A stretch of DNA of 10,622 nucleotides from contig JBHLPH010000046.1 of assembly GCA_048939625.1 (NCBI GenBank), positions 1-10,622 of the forward strand, written 5' to 3'. The DNA is from Promethearchaeota archaeon. GTDB lineage: Archaea; Asgardarchaeota; Hermodarchaeia; Hermodarchaeales; Hermodarchaeaceae. The position numbers were made by a program, and so were the translations under genes. Positions 1 to 10,023 of this stretch are shown here, one piece after another (the stretch's first letter is position 1; each line of letters opens with the position of its first letter). The notes under the pieces were generated by a model. That model was not told where the DNA came from. It ran no database searches and saw nothing but the letters and a program-made list of their open reading frames with translations.

Positions 1-479
1 GGCGTTGAGTCATCCATTTTGTTGATGGCAACGACAAGCTGCTCGATGCCCAGAGTTCGTGCGAGGAAAGCGTGCTCGCGCGTCTGACCACCAGCACCCA
101 CGCCAGCTTCAAACTCACCCTTACGCGCTGAAACTACTAGAATTGCAGCATCAGCTTGACTGGCTCCGGTAATCATGTTTTTGATGAAGTCAGCGTGACC
201 CGGAGCGTCAATGATCGTGAAGTAATGTTTCTGAGTCTCAAAGCGTCGGAACGCAAGGTCAATGGTCAGTCCACGTTCCCGTTCTTCTTTGAGACGATCC
301 ATCACGTAAGCGAACTTGAAGGATCCTCGATCCATCTCTTCGGCCAGCTTCTCGAGCTTTGCCATCTCTTGTTTTGATAGAGCCCCTGTTTTGTAGAGCA
401 TGTGCCCCATCAATGTGGACTTGCCGTGATCGACGTGGCCGATTATGATGAGGTTAATGTGGGGTTTCTTTTCGGACAT
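1..479 (-). CDS. tuf: Elongation factor 1-alpha (aEF1A), N-terminal 159 codons, truncated by the window edge
   Basis: Not in the ORF track. Manual translation from ATG 479: [26 protein letters not shown]...[15 protein letters not shown]...[30 protein letters not shown]...GQTREH...VAINKMD. It has G1 (GHVDHGKS), G2 (RGLTI), G3 (DAPG) and G4 (NKMD) motifs of EF1A and lies downstream of rps7. Confidence 0.97.
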   Translation of the reverse strand, partial: MSEKKPHINLIIIGHVDHGKSTLMGHMLYKTGALSKQEMAKLEKLAEEMDRGSFKFAYVMDRLKEERERGLTIDLAFRRFETQKHYFTIIDAPGHADFIKNMITGASQADAAILVVSARKGEFEAGVGAGGQTREHAFLARTLGIEQLVVAINKMDDST

Positions 480-550
480 TGTTTGTTCAACTCGTTTGTA
501 CTAACTTAAGCTGGCATAAAATATGCAAGTGATGGCACTTCAAGTGGGGC

Positions 551-567
551 GTATAAAACTCTTTTGG
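551..567 (-). promoter_or_regulatory. Putative BRE + TATA promoter for EF-1alpha
   Basis: Minus strand reads CCAAAAG-AG-TTTTATAC about 70 nt upstream of the ATG. An SD-like GAGTTGA precedes the start codon. Confidence 0.6.
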
Positions 568-647
568 CGTTGTTGGTTCTGAGAAGGTTACAAGAGGCGT
601 GTAGGCAAGGTGTGGCATAATGAAGGCGGAACTTGGTTAGGGGAGTT

Positions 648-1286
648 TTACCTAGCCGAAAGCGCCATTCGTTCTTTTTCTTCCCTTCGTCGAACGGCGT
701 TACTGCGTGAATCGGCGTTTGCAGCAGCGATAAGTTCATCGGCGATTATCTCTTCAATAGCTTCGATAGTGCTGAAGCTTCTGCGCCATATGCTTTCGGA
801 GATAAACCGGAGGGCGAGGTCAATGCGGCGGAGGGGGGCTACATCGCAAGCGGTGTGGTAGCTGATTCCTCCATAAGAGATACGAGTCGTTTCTTCGCGA
901 GGGGCGGCGTTTTCGATGGCTTGGATGAGGATTTGTAAGGGGTTTTGGTTTGCACGAAGATGGATGATTTCGAAAGCTGATCGGACGATGCGGATTGCTG
1001 TTGATTTCTTGCCAGCAATTAGACCGGATTGTCGAGCACTTTGGCTTCGGCGATTTGCCCAGCCTGGTGTCATGAGTCGGTTGATAAATCGTTCTACGAT
1101 TGGGACTTGGCGCTTGCCAAATCGACGGTGTTCATGACGGCCAAAGGTGTGAGGAATGATTACTGGCTTAAGGCTGATGTATTTCGCAAGGCCTTGATCA
1201 CGGATCTCGATATCTTTAGTACTCCAACGACCAAATACCTTGATTTCTGTCATCGTTGTGGTTTCAGAGGGAGAATCTGCAGACAT
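648..1286 (-). CDS. rps7: 30S ribosomal protein S7 (uS7), archaeal type, ~212 aa
   Basis: Motifs IKVFGRW, PHTFGRHEHRRFGK, NPLQILIQAIENAAPREE, DVAPLRRIDLALR, EEKERMALSAR. Start moved from GTG 1295 to ATG 1286 because that GTG is part of the SD-like AAGGTG. Confidence 0.97.
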   Translation of the reverse strand: MSADSPSETTTMTEIKVFGRWSTKDIEIRDQGLAKYISLKPVIIPHTFGRHEHRRFGKRQVPIVERFINRLMTPGWANRRSQSARQSGLIAGKKSTAIRIVRSAFEIIHLRANQNPLQILIQAIENAAPREETTRISYGGISYHTACDVAPLRRIDLALRFISESIWRRSFSTIEAIEEIIADELIAAANADSRSNAVRRREEKERMALSAR

Positions 1287-1301
1287 TATTGACACCTTGG
1301 G

Positions 1302-1745
1302 CTAGCGTTGTGGTTTTTCGACTTTGCCGATTATCATAGCTTCTAAGGAAGCGCCATTACATTTCACGACTTTCCAACGAACACCCGGAAGGTCACCAAA
1401 TGCTCTTCCTCGTGAGCCACCTATTCCTTCCACAATGACTTCGTCATGTTCATCGACATAAGTGAGCGCACCATCTCCTGGGAGAAAAGCAGTTATTTGT
1501 CGACCATTACGAATCAGTTGTACACGAACGCACTTCCGAATAGCAGAGTTGGGTTGTTTTGATTCGATACCCACCTTTTCTAGTACGATAGCCCGTGCTT
1601 GTGGGCTTCCCTCAAGTGGGTCGGCTTTTACGTCTAAACGAAGCATCCGTCGTTTGTAGTATCGGTCTTTCCAGCGGAGTTTTTTACGCTTCTTTTTTAG
1701 CGTTCGGCCAGCAAATTCTCCAGATGGGGATTTTGATCCAGGCAA
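1302..1745 (-). CDS. rps12: 30S ribosomal protein S12 (uS12), 147 aa, probable TTG start
   Basis: Motifs [51 protein letters not shown] 1745 gives the typical MPG.KSP.G N-terminus, with GAGGT 9 nt upstream. Confidence 0.97.
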   Translation of the reverse strand: MPGSKSPSGEFAGRTLKKKRKKLRWKDRYYKRRMLRLDVKADPLEGSPQARAIVLEKVGIESKQPNSAIRKCVRVQLIRNGRQITAFLPGDGALTYVDEHDEVIVEGIGGSRGRAFGDLPGVRWKVVKCNGASLEAMIIGKVEKPQR

Positions 1746-1793
1746 TCTCACTTAACCTCGTGATTATTCAAGGTGCTGCGATTCCGTAAAGGA

Positions 1794-1809
1794 GCTTAAA
1801 ACTTTTGTC
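1794..1809 (-). promoter_or_regulatory. Putative BRE + TATA internal promoter for rps12-rps7
   Basis: Minus strand reads GACAAAAG-TTTTAAGC in the nusA-rps12 spacer, about 50 nt upstream of the start codon. Confidence 0.55.
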
Positions 1810-1830
1810 ATCTGTCCGGTGATACAGTCT

Positions 1831-2295
1831 TTATTGAGAAGGTTCAGCTGTGGGTTCAGCAATAATAATTGCGTCTATTCCATGGTGTCTCTTTGCGAGA
1901 AGACGCGCGCGTTCGATGTTACGCCCATTACGTCCAATCACTCGACCTCGATTTTCACTGTTCACGGTAACGACAGCGACTCTGCGTCCCTTGGACTGTT
2001 CTTGGACATTAACAGTGGTGACCTTCGCAGGTGCTAGTGCGTTTCGTACGAAGACTTCAGGAGTGTCTGCATCTTCGACGACATCGATGTCTCGTTTAAG
2101 CATTGTACGAGCCCGTTTTATCGTCATACCACGACGACCGATGGCTAATCCAAGATGACCTGGACTGACAACGAAAATTATACGTTCACCATCTTGATCG
2201 ACGACACAGTCTTTGACTTCAGCACCAGTGATGTCGCCAAAGAGGGCCATCAGCTTGATTTCTTCCATATTTAGTTTGATATCAGAGGTCGTCAC
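1831..2295 (-). CDS. nusA: Archaeal NusA-like KH-domain protein, 154 aa
   Basis: Motifs IKLNMEEIKLMALF..ITGAEVKDC and two KH GxxG loops (AIGRRG, VIGRNGRNI). The start is most likely GTG 2295, overlapping the rpl30e stop (GTGA). The ORF-track extension to 2400 lies inside rpl30e. Confidence 0.95.
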   Translation of the reverse strand: MTTSDIKLNMEEIKLMALFGDITGAEVKDCVVDQDGERIIFVVSPGHLGLAIGRRGMTIKRARTMLKRDIDVVEDADTPEVFVRNALAPAKVTTVNVQEQSKGRRVAVVTVNSENRGRVIGRNGRNIERARLLAKRHHGIDAIIIAEPTAEPSQ

Positions 2296-2600
2296 TTCTT
2301 CCTCGCCCCAGTTAGAGCAGTAATATCTGCATCCCCTGGTTCTAAGACTGCCAAAGCCGCCACCATATGAGGGCGTCCACATATTTGGCCAAGGTCCCAA
2401 CTGTTGCTTCGATATTGATGAATTGGTATTTGGTTTGTTGTGGCTAGGGTATTGATTTCAGCTGTGACATCGTTTGGTGCATTTGCTGCAAGAATTACTA
2501 CCCGTGGCGATCCAGTTCGAAGTAAGTGGATTGTCCGGTTTGCACCAAACACCGTTTTTCCTGATTTAACAGCCAATCGAATCGCAGTTTCAGCATCCAT
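2292..2600 (-). CDS. rpl30e: 50S ribosomal protein L30e (eL30)
   Basis: Motifs LAVKSGKTVFG, VILAANAP, DLGQICGRPHMVAALAVLEPGDADI. Conserved position between rpoA'' and nusA. Confidence 0.95.
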   Translation of the reverse strand: MDAETAIRLAVKSGKTVFGANRTIHLLRTGSPRVVILAANAPNDVTAEINTLATTNQIPIHQYRSNSWDLGQICGRPHMVAALAVLEPGDADITALTGARKK

Positions 2601-2671
2601 TAAGAATCACTTTTTCCTATCAAATTTTCACTCGCAATGCATCTTGCAACTAAGTGTGCAATGTACCCTCG

Positions 2672-2738
2672 CATATAAGGGCTGCGGAAGATAATTGCGG
2701 CTCTGCGAGAATTTCAACGCTTCCTTTTAAGTTCTATG
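2672..2738 (-). promoter_or_regulatory. One or two candidate TATA boxes upstream of rpl30e
   Basis: Minus strand has CATAGAA-CTTAAAAGG (~2738-2723), which resembles the rpoB promoter, and CCTTATATG (2680-2672), both within a 171-nt spacer. Confidence 0.4.
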
Positions 2739-2771
2739 CACACCCCGCTATAATTTCCAAAATTGAATGGC

Positions 2772-3986
<1,215 letters not shown>

Positions 3987-6635
3987 TCACTTCTCCTCAC
4001 TAAGAACGCGTTCAATGATTACATCGATGTTCACGGCTTTGCCATGATCACTTCGTGCAGGATCAACACCATCTTCACCGTATCTAAATTGGATAATTTC
4101 TCCCGTTGAGTTTCGAACTGTTCCATCATATTCCACCTTAATGTCTTGGAGTGCATTAATGAGCCGGCGTTGCATGTATCCACTGGTACTAGTCCGTACC
4201 GCAGTGTCCACGAGGCCTTCTCGCCCACCCATCGCATGGAAGAAGAATTCAATGGGATTCAGTCCTTTTCGATAACTGGCTACAACAAACCCGCGTGCCT
4301 GAGGCGACAAATCACCTTGGGTGAAGTGCGGCAGCGTTCGTCTCCGATATCCTCGAGAGATTCTTTGCCCACGAACAGCTTGCTGTCCCACGCTGGCCGC
4401 CATTTGTGCAAGGTTAAGGGGATTCCCTTTTGCACCAGTCCCAGTCATAATCACTGCATGTTTGTCGAGTCCAAGTTGTTGCTCTGCGACCTCACCAGCC
4501 TCATCACGGGCACGGGCAAGGATTTCAATCATTTTCATCTCAAAGGTTTCTTCAAGTGAGCGACCAGGAAGTCGTTGAAGTTCATCAGCTTCATAAATTT
4601 GAACTAGTTGGCTTCCTTCTTCCTCTGCATCGGAGAGGATTTGTTCAATTCGTCGAATCGCAGTTGGTGAAAGAATCACATCATCAATTCCCATGCTAAA
4701 GCCCATATTAGTGATTAGCACAACAAGGAGAGGACAGATCTTGTCGAGGAATCGACGAGCAGCAGCATTACCATAATCTTTTGCTATTCGGTGAAGTACA
4801 CTCTCAGGTTGTGCAGCACCGATGGCTTTTTTATCAATCACTCCGGCAAGGAGTTGTCCATCACGAATTAGGACATAAGCATCATACGGACAGCGTTCTT
4901 TTTCGCAGACATCACATTTCTGGCATATTCGTGCCTTCAACGAAAGGTTAAGTCCCTTTGGGAGAAGCATGCTGAAAATTTGTTTTCCAGTCCACATTGG
5001 TTCGGGATCAATGATTGTTGGTGGCGGAAGATCCTCACGATACCCGGCGGAGGCAAGAAGCTGACAGGTCTGGCGTTTGTTGAAAACAGAGTTCTTCCGG
5101 GTGAGTAAGAACGCAGATGAGATATAATCTTGGATTCCTCCAATAATTGGGCCACCATAACGTGGACTCAGAATCTGTTCCTGTACGAGCATCAATATTC
5201 GTGCTTCCGCCCGCGCTTCTTCACTTTGTGGGACATGGAGGTTCATTTCGTCACCATCAAAGTCAGCATTATAGGGCGGGCAGACTACTAGGTGAAGCCG
5301 GAAGGTTCGATATTTCATTACCTTCACTTCATGAGCCATAATTGACATCCGGTGAAGTGAAGGCTGACGATTGAAGAGAACGATGTCCCCATGCCTAAGA
5401 TGTCTTTCAATAACATAACCAGGTGCTAATCCATCGGCGTTTGTTTTTCGATCCTTTACATAGCGGAGATCGATACGTTTGCCATCAGGTCGAACAACGT
5501 AGTTACAGCCGGGATACCCTTGTGGTCCTTGTAGGACTAGTTCTCGCATGTCTTCGATATTCCACTCGGTGACGCGTTCTGGAACGGTTAAGGTCTTAGC
5601 AATTTCTGTGGGAACACCAACTTCGTTGATGGAGAGGTTGGGGTCAGGAGAAATTACTGTACGAGCTGAGAAGTCGACACGTTTACCTGAAAGGTTGCTT
5701 CGGAATCGTCCTTCTTTGCCTTTCAGCCGTTGGGCTAGTGTTCGTAATGCACGCCCCGATCGATGACGAGCGGGAGGAATGCCAGAAACTTCATTGTTGA
5801 AGTAGGTTGTAATGTGGTATTGCAATAGTTCCCAGAGGTCTTCGACGATTAGCTGTGGGGCACCAGCTTCAATATTTTCTCGAAGACGTTGATTAATACG
5901 GATGACATCGACGAGTTTGTGGGTAAGATCATCTTCAGATTTCACTCCGGATTCTAGTGTGATGGAGGGACGAACGGCAACTGGAGGAACAGGTTGGACG
6001 GTCAGAATCATCCATTCGGGTTTTGAGACGCGGTTATCAATTCCCATGAGGAAGTTATCGTCAGGAGTTATGCGTTCGAGTCGATCACGAATATCAGTCG
6101 GGGTCAACCGGACGCTGCCTTCCATTTTCTCTTCATAGAAGGTCGTTGGTTTTTCGAATTTAATTTTATACTGTTCAGCCTCGCAGTGAGGACAGGTTGT
6201 GGCTTTTCCTGCTTCTTTGAGGACCTCTTCAGCAATGTCCTGATCAAGATGGTCATAACGTTCAAAATGGGCGTCCATTTTTTCTTTGAACTTTTGCCAT
6301 GATTCATCCTTCAGCTTTAGTCGAGCACAACGTCGACATAGAGCTTTGAGGAATTTTTTGATTTGTTTGGCAAAGCTCACATGGACAACTGGTCGAGCTA
6401 ATTCGATGTGTCCAAAGTGCCCTGGGCATTCACCGACTCGGTTTCCACAGGATTTACATCGTTGACCGGGTTCAATAGTACCTAGTTTCGGGTCCATGAG
6501 CCCGGAGGAGATGGGGAGTCCGTCCTCGTCGTAAGTGTCGGCGGTAATTACCTGTGTGACACTCATTTTGCGTATGATTTCTGGTGAGAGAAGTCCGAAC
6601 CAGACACTTCCAACCTGTTTAAGTGGGTGTGAAAT
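3987..6635 (-). CDS. rpoA1: DNA-directed RNA polymerase subunit A' (Rpo1N), ~882 aa, probable non-canonical ATT start
   Basis: Catalytic NADFDGD (5250-5270), clamp zinc motifs CKSC..CPGHFGH and CRRC..CPHC, GKRVDFSARTVI, NRQPSLH, GGREGLVDTAVRT. The frame stays open upstream of ATG 6566 through the conserved FGLLSPE to a TAG at 6654-6656. Gene identity is certain; the exact start is inferred. Confidence 0.97.
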   Translation of the reverse strand: MSHPLKQVGSVWFGLLSPEIIRKMSVTQVITADTYDEDGLPISSGLMDPKLGTIEPGQRCKSCGNRVGECPGHFGHIELARPVVHVSFAKQIKKFLKALCRRCARLKLKDESWQKFKEKMDAHFERYDHLDQDIAEEVLKEAGKATTCPHCEAEQYKIKFEKPTTFYEEKMEGSVRLTPTDIRDRLERITPDDNFLMGIDNRVSKPEWMILTVQPVPPVAVRPSITLESGVKSEDDLTHKLVDVIRINQRLRENIEAGAPQLIVEDLWELLQYHITTYFNNEVSGIPPARHRSGRALRTLAQRLKGKEGRFRSNLSGKRVDFSARTVISPDPNLSINEVGVPTEIAKTLTVPERVTEWNIEDMRELVLQGPQGYPGCNYVVRPDGKRIDLRYVKDRKTNADGLAPGYVIERHLRHGDIVLFNRQPSLHRMSIMAHEVKVMKYRTFRLHLVVCPPYNADFDGDEMNLHVPQSEEARAEARILMLVQEQILSPRYGGPIIGGIQDYISSAFLLTRKNSVFNKRQTCQLLASAGYREDLPPPTIIDPEPMWTGKQIFSMLLPKGLNLSLKARICQKCDVCEKERCPYDAYVLIRDGQLLAGVIDKKAIGAAQPESVLHRIAKDYGNAAARRFLDKICPLLVVLITNMGFSMGIDDVILSPTAIRRIEQILSDAEEEGSQLVQIYEADELQRLPGRSLEETFEMKMIEILARARDEAGEVAEQQLGLDKHAVIMTGTGAKGNPLNLAQMAASVGQQAVRGQRISRGYRRRTLPHFTQGDLSPQARGFVVASYRKGLNPIEFFFHAMGGREGLVDTAVRTSTSGYMQRRLINALQDIKVEYDGTVRNSTGEIIQFRYGEDGVDPARSDHGKAVNIDVIIERVLSEEK

Positions 6636-6643
6636 TTTTGATT

Positions 6644-6650
6644 CCTCCTT
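6644..6650 (-). promoter_or_regulatory. Shine-Dalgarno AAGGAGG for rpoA'
   Basis: AAGGAGG is followed by an 8-nt spacer (AATCAAAA) and then the in-frame ATT TCA CAC. Confidence 0.7.
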
Positions 6651-6660
6651 GATCTAATCC

Positions 6661-9600
6661 TCACGTTCTGTCAGTTAATTTCAGTCGGGGCCATATCCCA
6701 AGAGAGATGAGTTCTTGTAGGACAAGCTTGAATGCGTACGACATCTCGACTTTACTTATTGTGGTGGTTTTAGGAGCACATACCCTACATCGATACCGAT
6801 CCCGGTTTCTGTCGTATTCGGCAAGCATGCCACATTCTTCACATACCATTGCTGTGTATTTATCAGATTCTTCTAAGAGACGTTCTCGGAGAAGGAGGGC
6901 TGCTCCATGACCGATTAAGCAGTCCCGTTCCATTTCTCCAAACCGTAATCCACCTTCACGTGCCCGCCCTTCTGTGGGTTGTCGAGTTAGAATCTGTACA
7001 GGTCCACGAGCCCGGGCATGCATTTTGTCTGCAACAAGATGGTGGAGCTTCTGGTAATAGACAACTCCGACGAAAAGGTCAACATCATATTTGTGTCCAG
7101 TTACGCCGTTGTACATGGTTTCTCGACCGCTATATTTGAAACCAAGATTGAAGAGATCTTGAAACATAGTCTCCAGTTTCTTTCCTGAGAAAGGTGTGGC
7201 GTCAACTGATTGTCCTTGTAGGCAGCCAATCTTTCCAGCCATGGATTCAAGAATTTGTCCGAGTGTCATTCGGCTGGGAAATGCATGAGCGTTGACAACA
7301 AGATCCGGAACCACTCCAGTTTCGGTAAAAGGCATATCTTCTTGTGGTGCAAGGAGACCGATAACGCCTTTTTGACCATGGCGACTGGCGAACTTGTCTC
7401 CGAGTTCGGGTACACGTTCATCGCGGACCTTGACCTTGACAAGGCGGTTTCCATCAATTGTTTCGGTGATGAGTACCTTGTCGATTGTTCCTTCTTCTCC
7501 ATGGCGGAGGCTAACTGAGGTTTCGCGCCGTTTAGGTCCGGGAACTTCTAGTTCTGTGTATTCCTCGAGGAACCGTGGAGGACTTGTTCGGCCAATAAGA
7601 ATCTCATCTCCCCCAACTTGAAATTCTGGCTCGATGATGCCATCTTCGCTAAGAAGGCGGTAGGCTTCGGAGGCTCGGTATCCGCGAACTTCGCGGCTGG
7701 GGATTTCGAATTTGTCCTCTTGTCCGCCTGGGTACTTGCGTTCTTCAGCATCATAACTTCGGAAGAAAGATGACCGAGCGATTCCTCTTTCTATAGAGGC
7801 TTTGTTGATGACAAGTGCGTCTTCGATGTTGTATCCTTGGAAGGAGTGAATGGCAACGATGAAGTTTTGTCCCGCGGGTCGTCGATGATATCCTATTACT
7901 TCCATGGGTCGAGTGGTCACTATGGGACGTTGTACATAGTGTAGAATGTGGCTGCGAGTGTCCACCCGGAGTCCGAAGTTGGCTGAATATAGTCCAAGGG
8001 CTTGTTTCGCCATTCCCGCTTCATAGGTATTTCGTGGAGATTGGTTGTGTTCCGCAAAGGGTACAAGACTTGCACAAATTCCGAGAATGGTTTCTGGTAC
8101 GATTTCTAGGTGGGTGTGTTCAGGGGTAATATCCTCAAGATTCATGGCAATTAGCGTGTTTTCTTCCTCTTCGGCATCAAGGTATTCGATGATGCCTGCT
8201 TTTATGAGATCATCCCACGAAATTTCGCGATTTCGAACTCGTTCCACGTGTTGTTTCTCTAGGAGCGGGACCCCATCTTTGACGACAATTAGGGGGCGTC
8301 GAACCCGGCCTGCATCAGAGTTAATTTGAACTTCGTTGGTATCGGGATAAAACGCGACATTCACCTGGTCACTTAATTCGTTGCGTTGGCGTCGATCACG
8401 TAGACGTGTGACTAATAACTCGGGTTGGGAATGGTTCCCAACAAATCGGCCGTTCAAATAGACATAGGTGCCTTTCTTTGCTGAACTAGCTTTGGCGTCG
8501 ATGGGCAGGACTTTTAGTGAGAGGAGGGCTTCTTCGACTTCTGCCTCATCTGAGCCGACTGAAATGTAAGACATCAATGCAAGGTTTTTGACGAGACCAC
8601 AGTTCGGACCTTCTGGTGTCTCATTTGGACAAATCTTCCCCCAGTGGGTGGGGTGAAGGTCACGGGCTTCGAAGTGAGGTTGACTGCGGCTAAGGGGTGA
8701 AACTACGCGGCGAAGATGGCTAATGGAGGACATGTAATTGACGCGATCGAGAAGTTGGCTAACTCCAGCCTTTCCACCAACCCAATTGCCTGTTGCAAGG
8801 GCATGGCGTAGTCTTTCAGTAATAACGTCTGCGCGTACTGCAGTCTTGATATTGGGTTTGCGCCCGCGAGTTGCCGTTCTTTCCAATTGGTATTTGATAT
8901 CACGACAAAGGTTGAGAAAGGCGACCCGAAAGAGACTGGTGAGCAAATCACCCGCCAGTTTGAGCCGTTTATTTGCATAGTGATCTTTGTCATCTTCCTC
9001 GCGTCGGTCAACACTTAGCTCCAAGAGGCGTTGTGTCATTTGACCCACATAATAAGCCTTGTTGACTGCGGATCCAGAGTCTGTGCCGATGTGGGGGAGA
9101 AGATAACGGTTAAGAACCTGTTCAGCTCGGCGTAGTCGATAATCTTTGGTTTGACCTACTGCAACCCGTTTTCCGATATAATCCAGTGCGTTCTCGCGGG
9201 TGGCTTTGGGATCCTTGGGAGCAACGAGGGATTCAGCGGCATGAAAGCTTGGAATCAACTCTTGAGCAAGAGCCGGATCATCGGTAATTGCAGCGACGAT
9301 TTCTCGGTCTGTAACTAATCCCAGAGCACGCATTAAGACGACTAAGGGAATCTTGCCTGGGACGGAAGGGAAGGAGACACGAAAAGTATGATCGGCACGA
9401 CGTTCCATTGTAACTGGGGCTCGAAAACCGCGTGCCGTTGAGAACACCTTAGCCATATGAGTACAGGAACTGCTACTTGTGGCCTCTTCAATGAGAATTC
9501 GATTTGGTGCCAAATCCTCCTGAGTTACGAGCACACGTTCAGAGCCATTAATGATGAAGTACCCACCGGGATCGTTTGGATCCTCACCGGCTTCAACAAG

Positions 9601-10023
9601 CTCTTCAGGGGTCATGGCGGAAAGGCGGCAAAAAGCGGATTTGAGCATTATAGGAAGCCGACCTACATAGACACTGGTGGTCTCCTCATCGTATTCCATT
9701 CCTGTTTTTTCATCCCGATATACAGGTGTCATTTCCAAATAAATCGGAGAGGAGTAAGTGAGGTTCCGAATCCGCGCTTCAGCGGGTGCTATGTTACGGA
9801 CTGATCCATCTGCTTCTCGAACAGAAGGATTTTGAATCTCCACCCGGCCTAAGCGCACATAATAATTAGGAATATCTGGCTCGATTTTAGCAACATCACT
9901 CACAATTTGTTGAATCCGACGTTCAACGAAGTGATTATACGAGTCCAGATGCTGCCGGACTAAACCCTTCGATAGGAAGAAGGATTTCATAACTGCCCAA
10001 CGGTCTTCAGATGAAAGTGCCAT
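6661..10023 (-). CDS. rpoB: DNA-directed RNA polymerase subunit B (Rpo2), unsplit, 1120 aa
   Basis: Motifs GLVRQHLDSYN, DPGGYFIINGSERV, DDKDHYANKRLKLAGDL, ETPEGPNCGLVKNLA, GYNIEDA, GDKFASRHGQKG, RQPTEGRAREGGLRFGEMERD, and the C-terminal CEEC..CRVC zinc ribbon. Confidence 0.99.
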   Translation of the reverse strand: MALSSEDRWAVMKSFFLSKGLVRQHLDSYNHFVERRIQQIVSDVAKIEPDIPNYYVRLGRVEIQNPSVREADGSVRNIAPAEARIRNLTYSSPIYLEMTPVYRDEKTGMEYDEETTSVYVGRLPIMLKSAFCRLSAMTPEELVEAGEDPNDPGGYFIINGSERVLVTQEDLAPNRILIEEATSSSSCTHMAKVFSTARGFRAPVTMERRADHTFRVSFPSVPGKIPLVVLMRALGLVTDREIVAAITDDPALAQELIPSFHAAESLVAPKDPKATRENALDYIGKRVAVGQTKDYRLRRAEQVLNRYLLPHIGTDSGSAVNKAYYVGQMTQRLLELSVDRREEDDKDHYANKRLKLAGDLLTSLFRVAFLNLCRDIKYQLERTATRGRKPNIKTAVRADVITERLRHALATGNWVGGKAGVSQLLDRVNYMSSISHLRRVVSPLSRSQPHFEARDLHPTHWGKICPNETPEGPNCGLVKNLALMSYISVGSDEAEVEEALLSLKVLPIDAKASSAKKGTYVYLNGRFVGNHSQPELLVTRLRDRRQRNELSDQVNVAFYPDTNEVQINSDAGRVRRPLIVVKDGVPLLEKQHVERVRNREISWDDLIKAGIIEYLDAEEEENTLIAMNLEDITPEHTHLEIVPETILGICASLVPFAEHNQSPRNTYEAGMAKQALGLYSANFGLRVDTRSHILHYVQRPIVTTRPMEVIGYHRRPAGQNFIVAIHSFQGYNIEDALVINKASIERGIARSSFFRSYDAEERKYPGGQEDKFEIPSREVRGYRASEAYRLLSEDGIIEPEFQVGGDEILIGRTSPPRFLEEYTELEVPGPKRRETSVSLRHGEEGTIDKVLITETIDGNRLVKVKVRDERVPELGDKFASRHGQKGVIGLLAPQEDMPFTETGVVPDLVVNAHAFPSRMTLGQILESMAGKIGCLQGQSVDATPFSGKKLETMFQDLFNLGFKYSGRETMYNGVTGHKYDVDLFVGVVYYQKLHHLVADKMHARARGPVQILTRQPTEGRAREGGLRFGEMERDCLIGHGAALLLRERLLEESDKYTAMVCEECGMLAEYDRNRDRYRCRVCAPKTTTISKVEMSYAFKLVLQELISLGIWPRLKLTDRT

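Noticed and set aside
4889-4926. Cys cluster CQKCDVCEKERC in RpoA'
   Set aside because: It corresponds to the known metal-binding insertion of archaeal Rpo1N and is not novel.
6636-6663. RpoB-RpoA' fusion by stop readthrough
   Set aside because: The genes are in different frames. The B frame meets another stop (TAA) shortly after, and the A' frame has TAG at 6654-6656.
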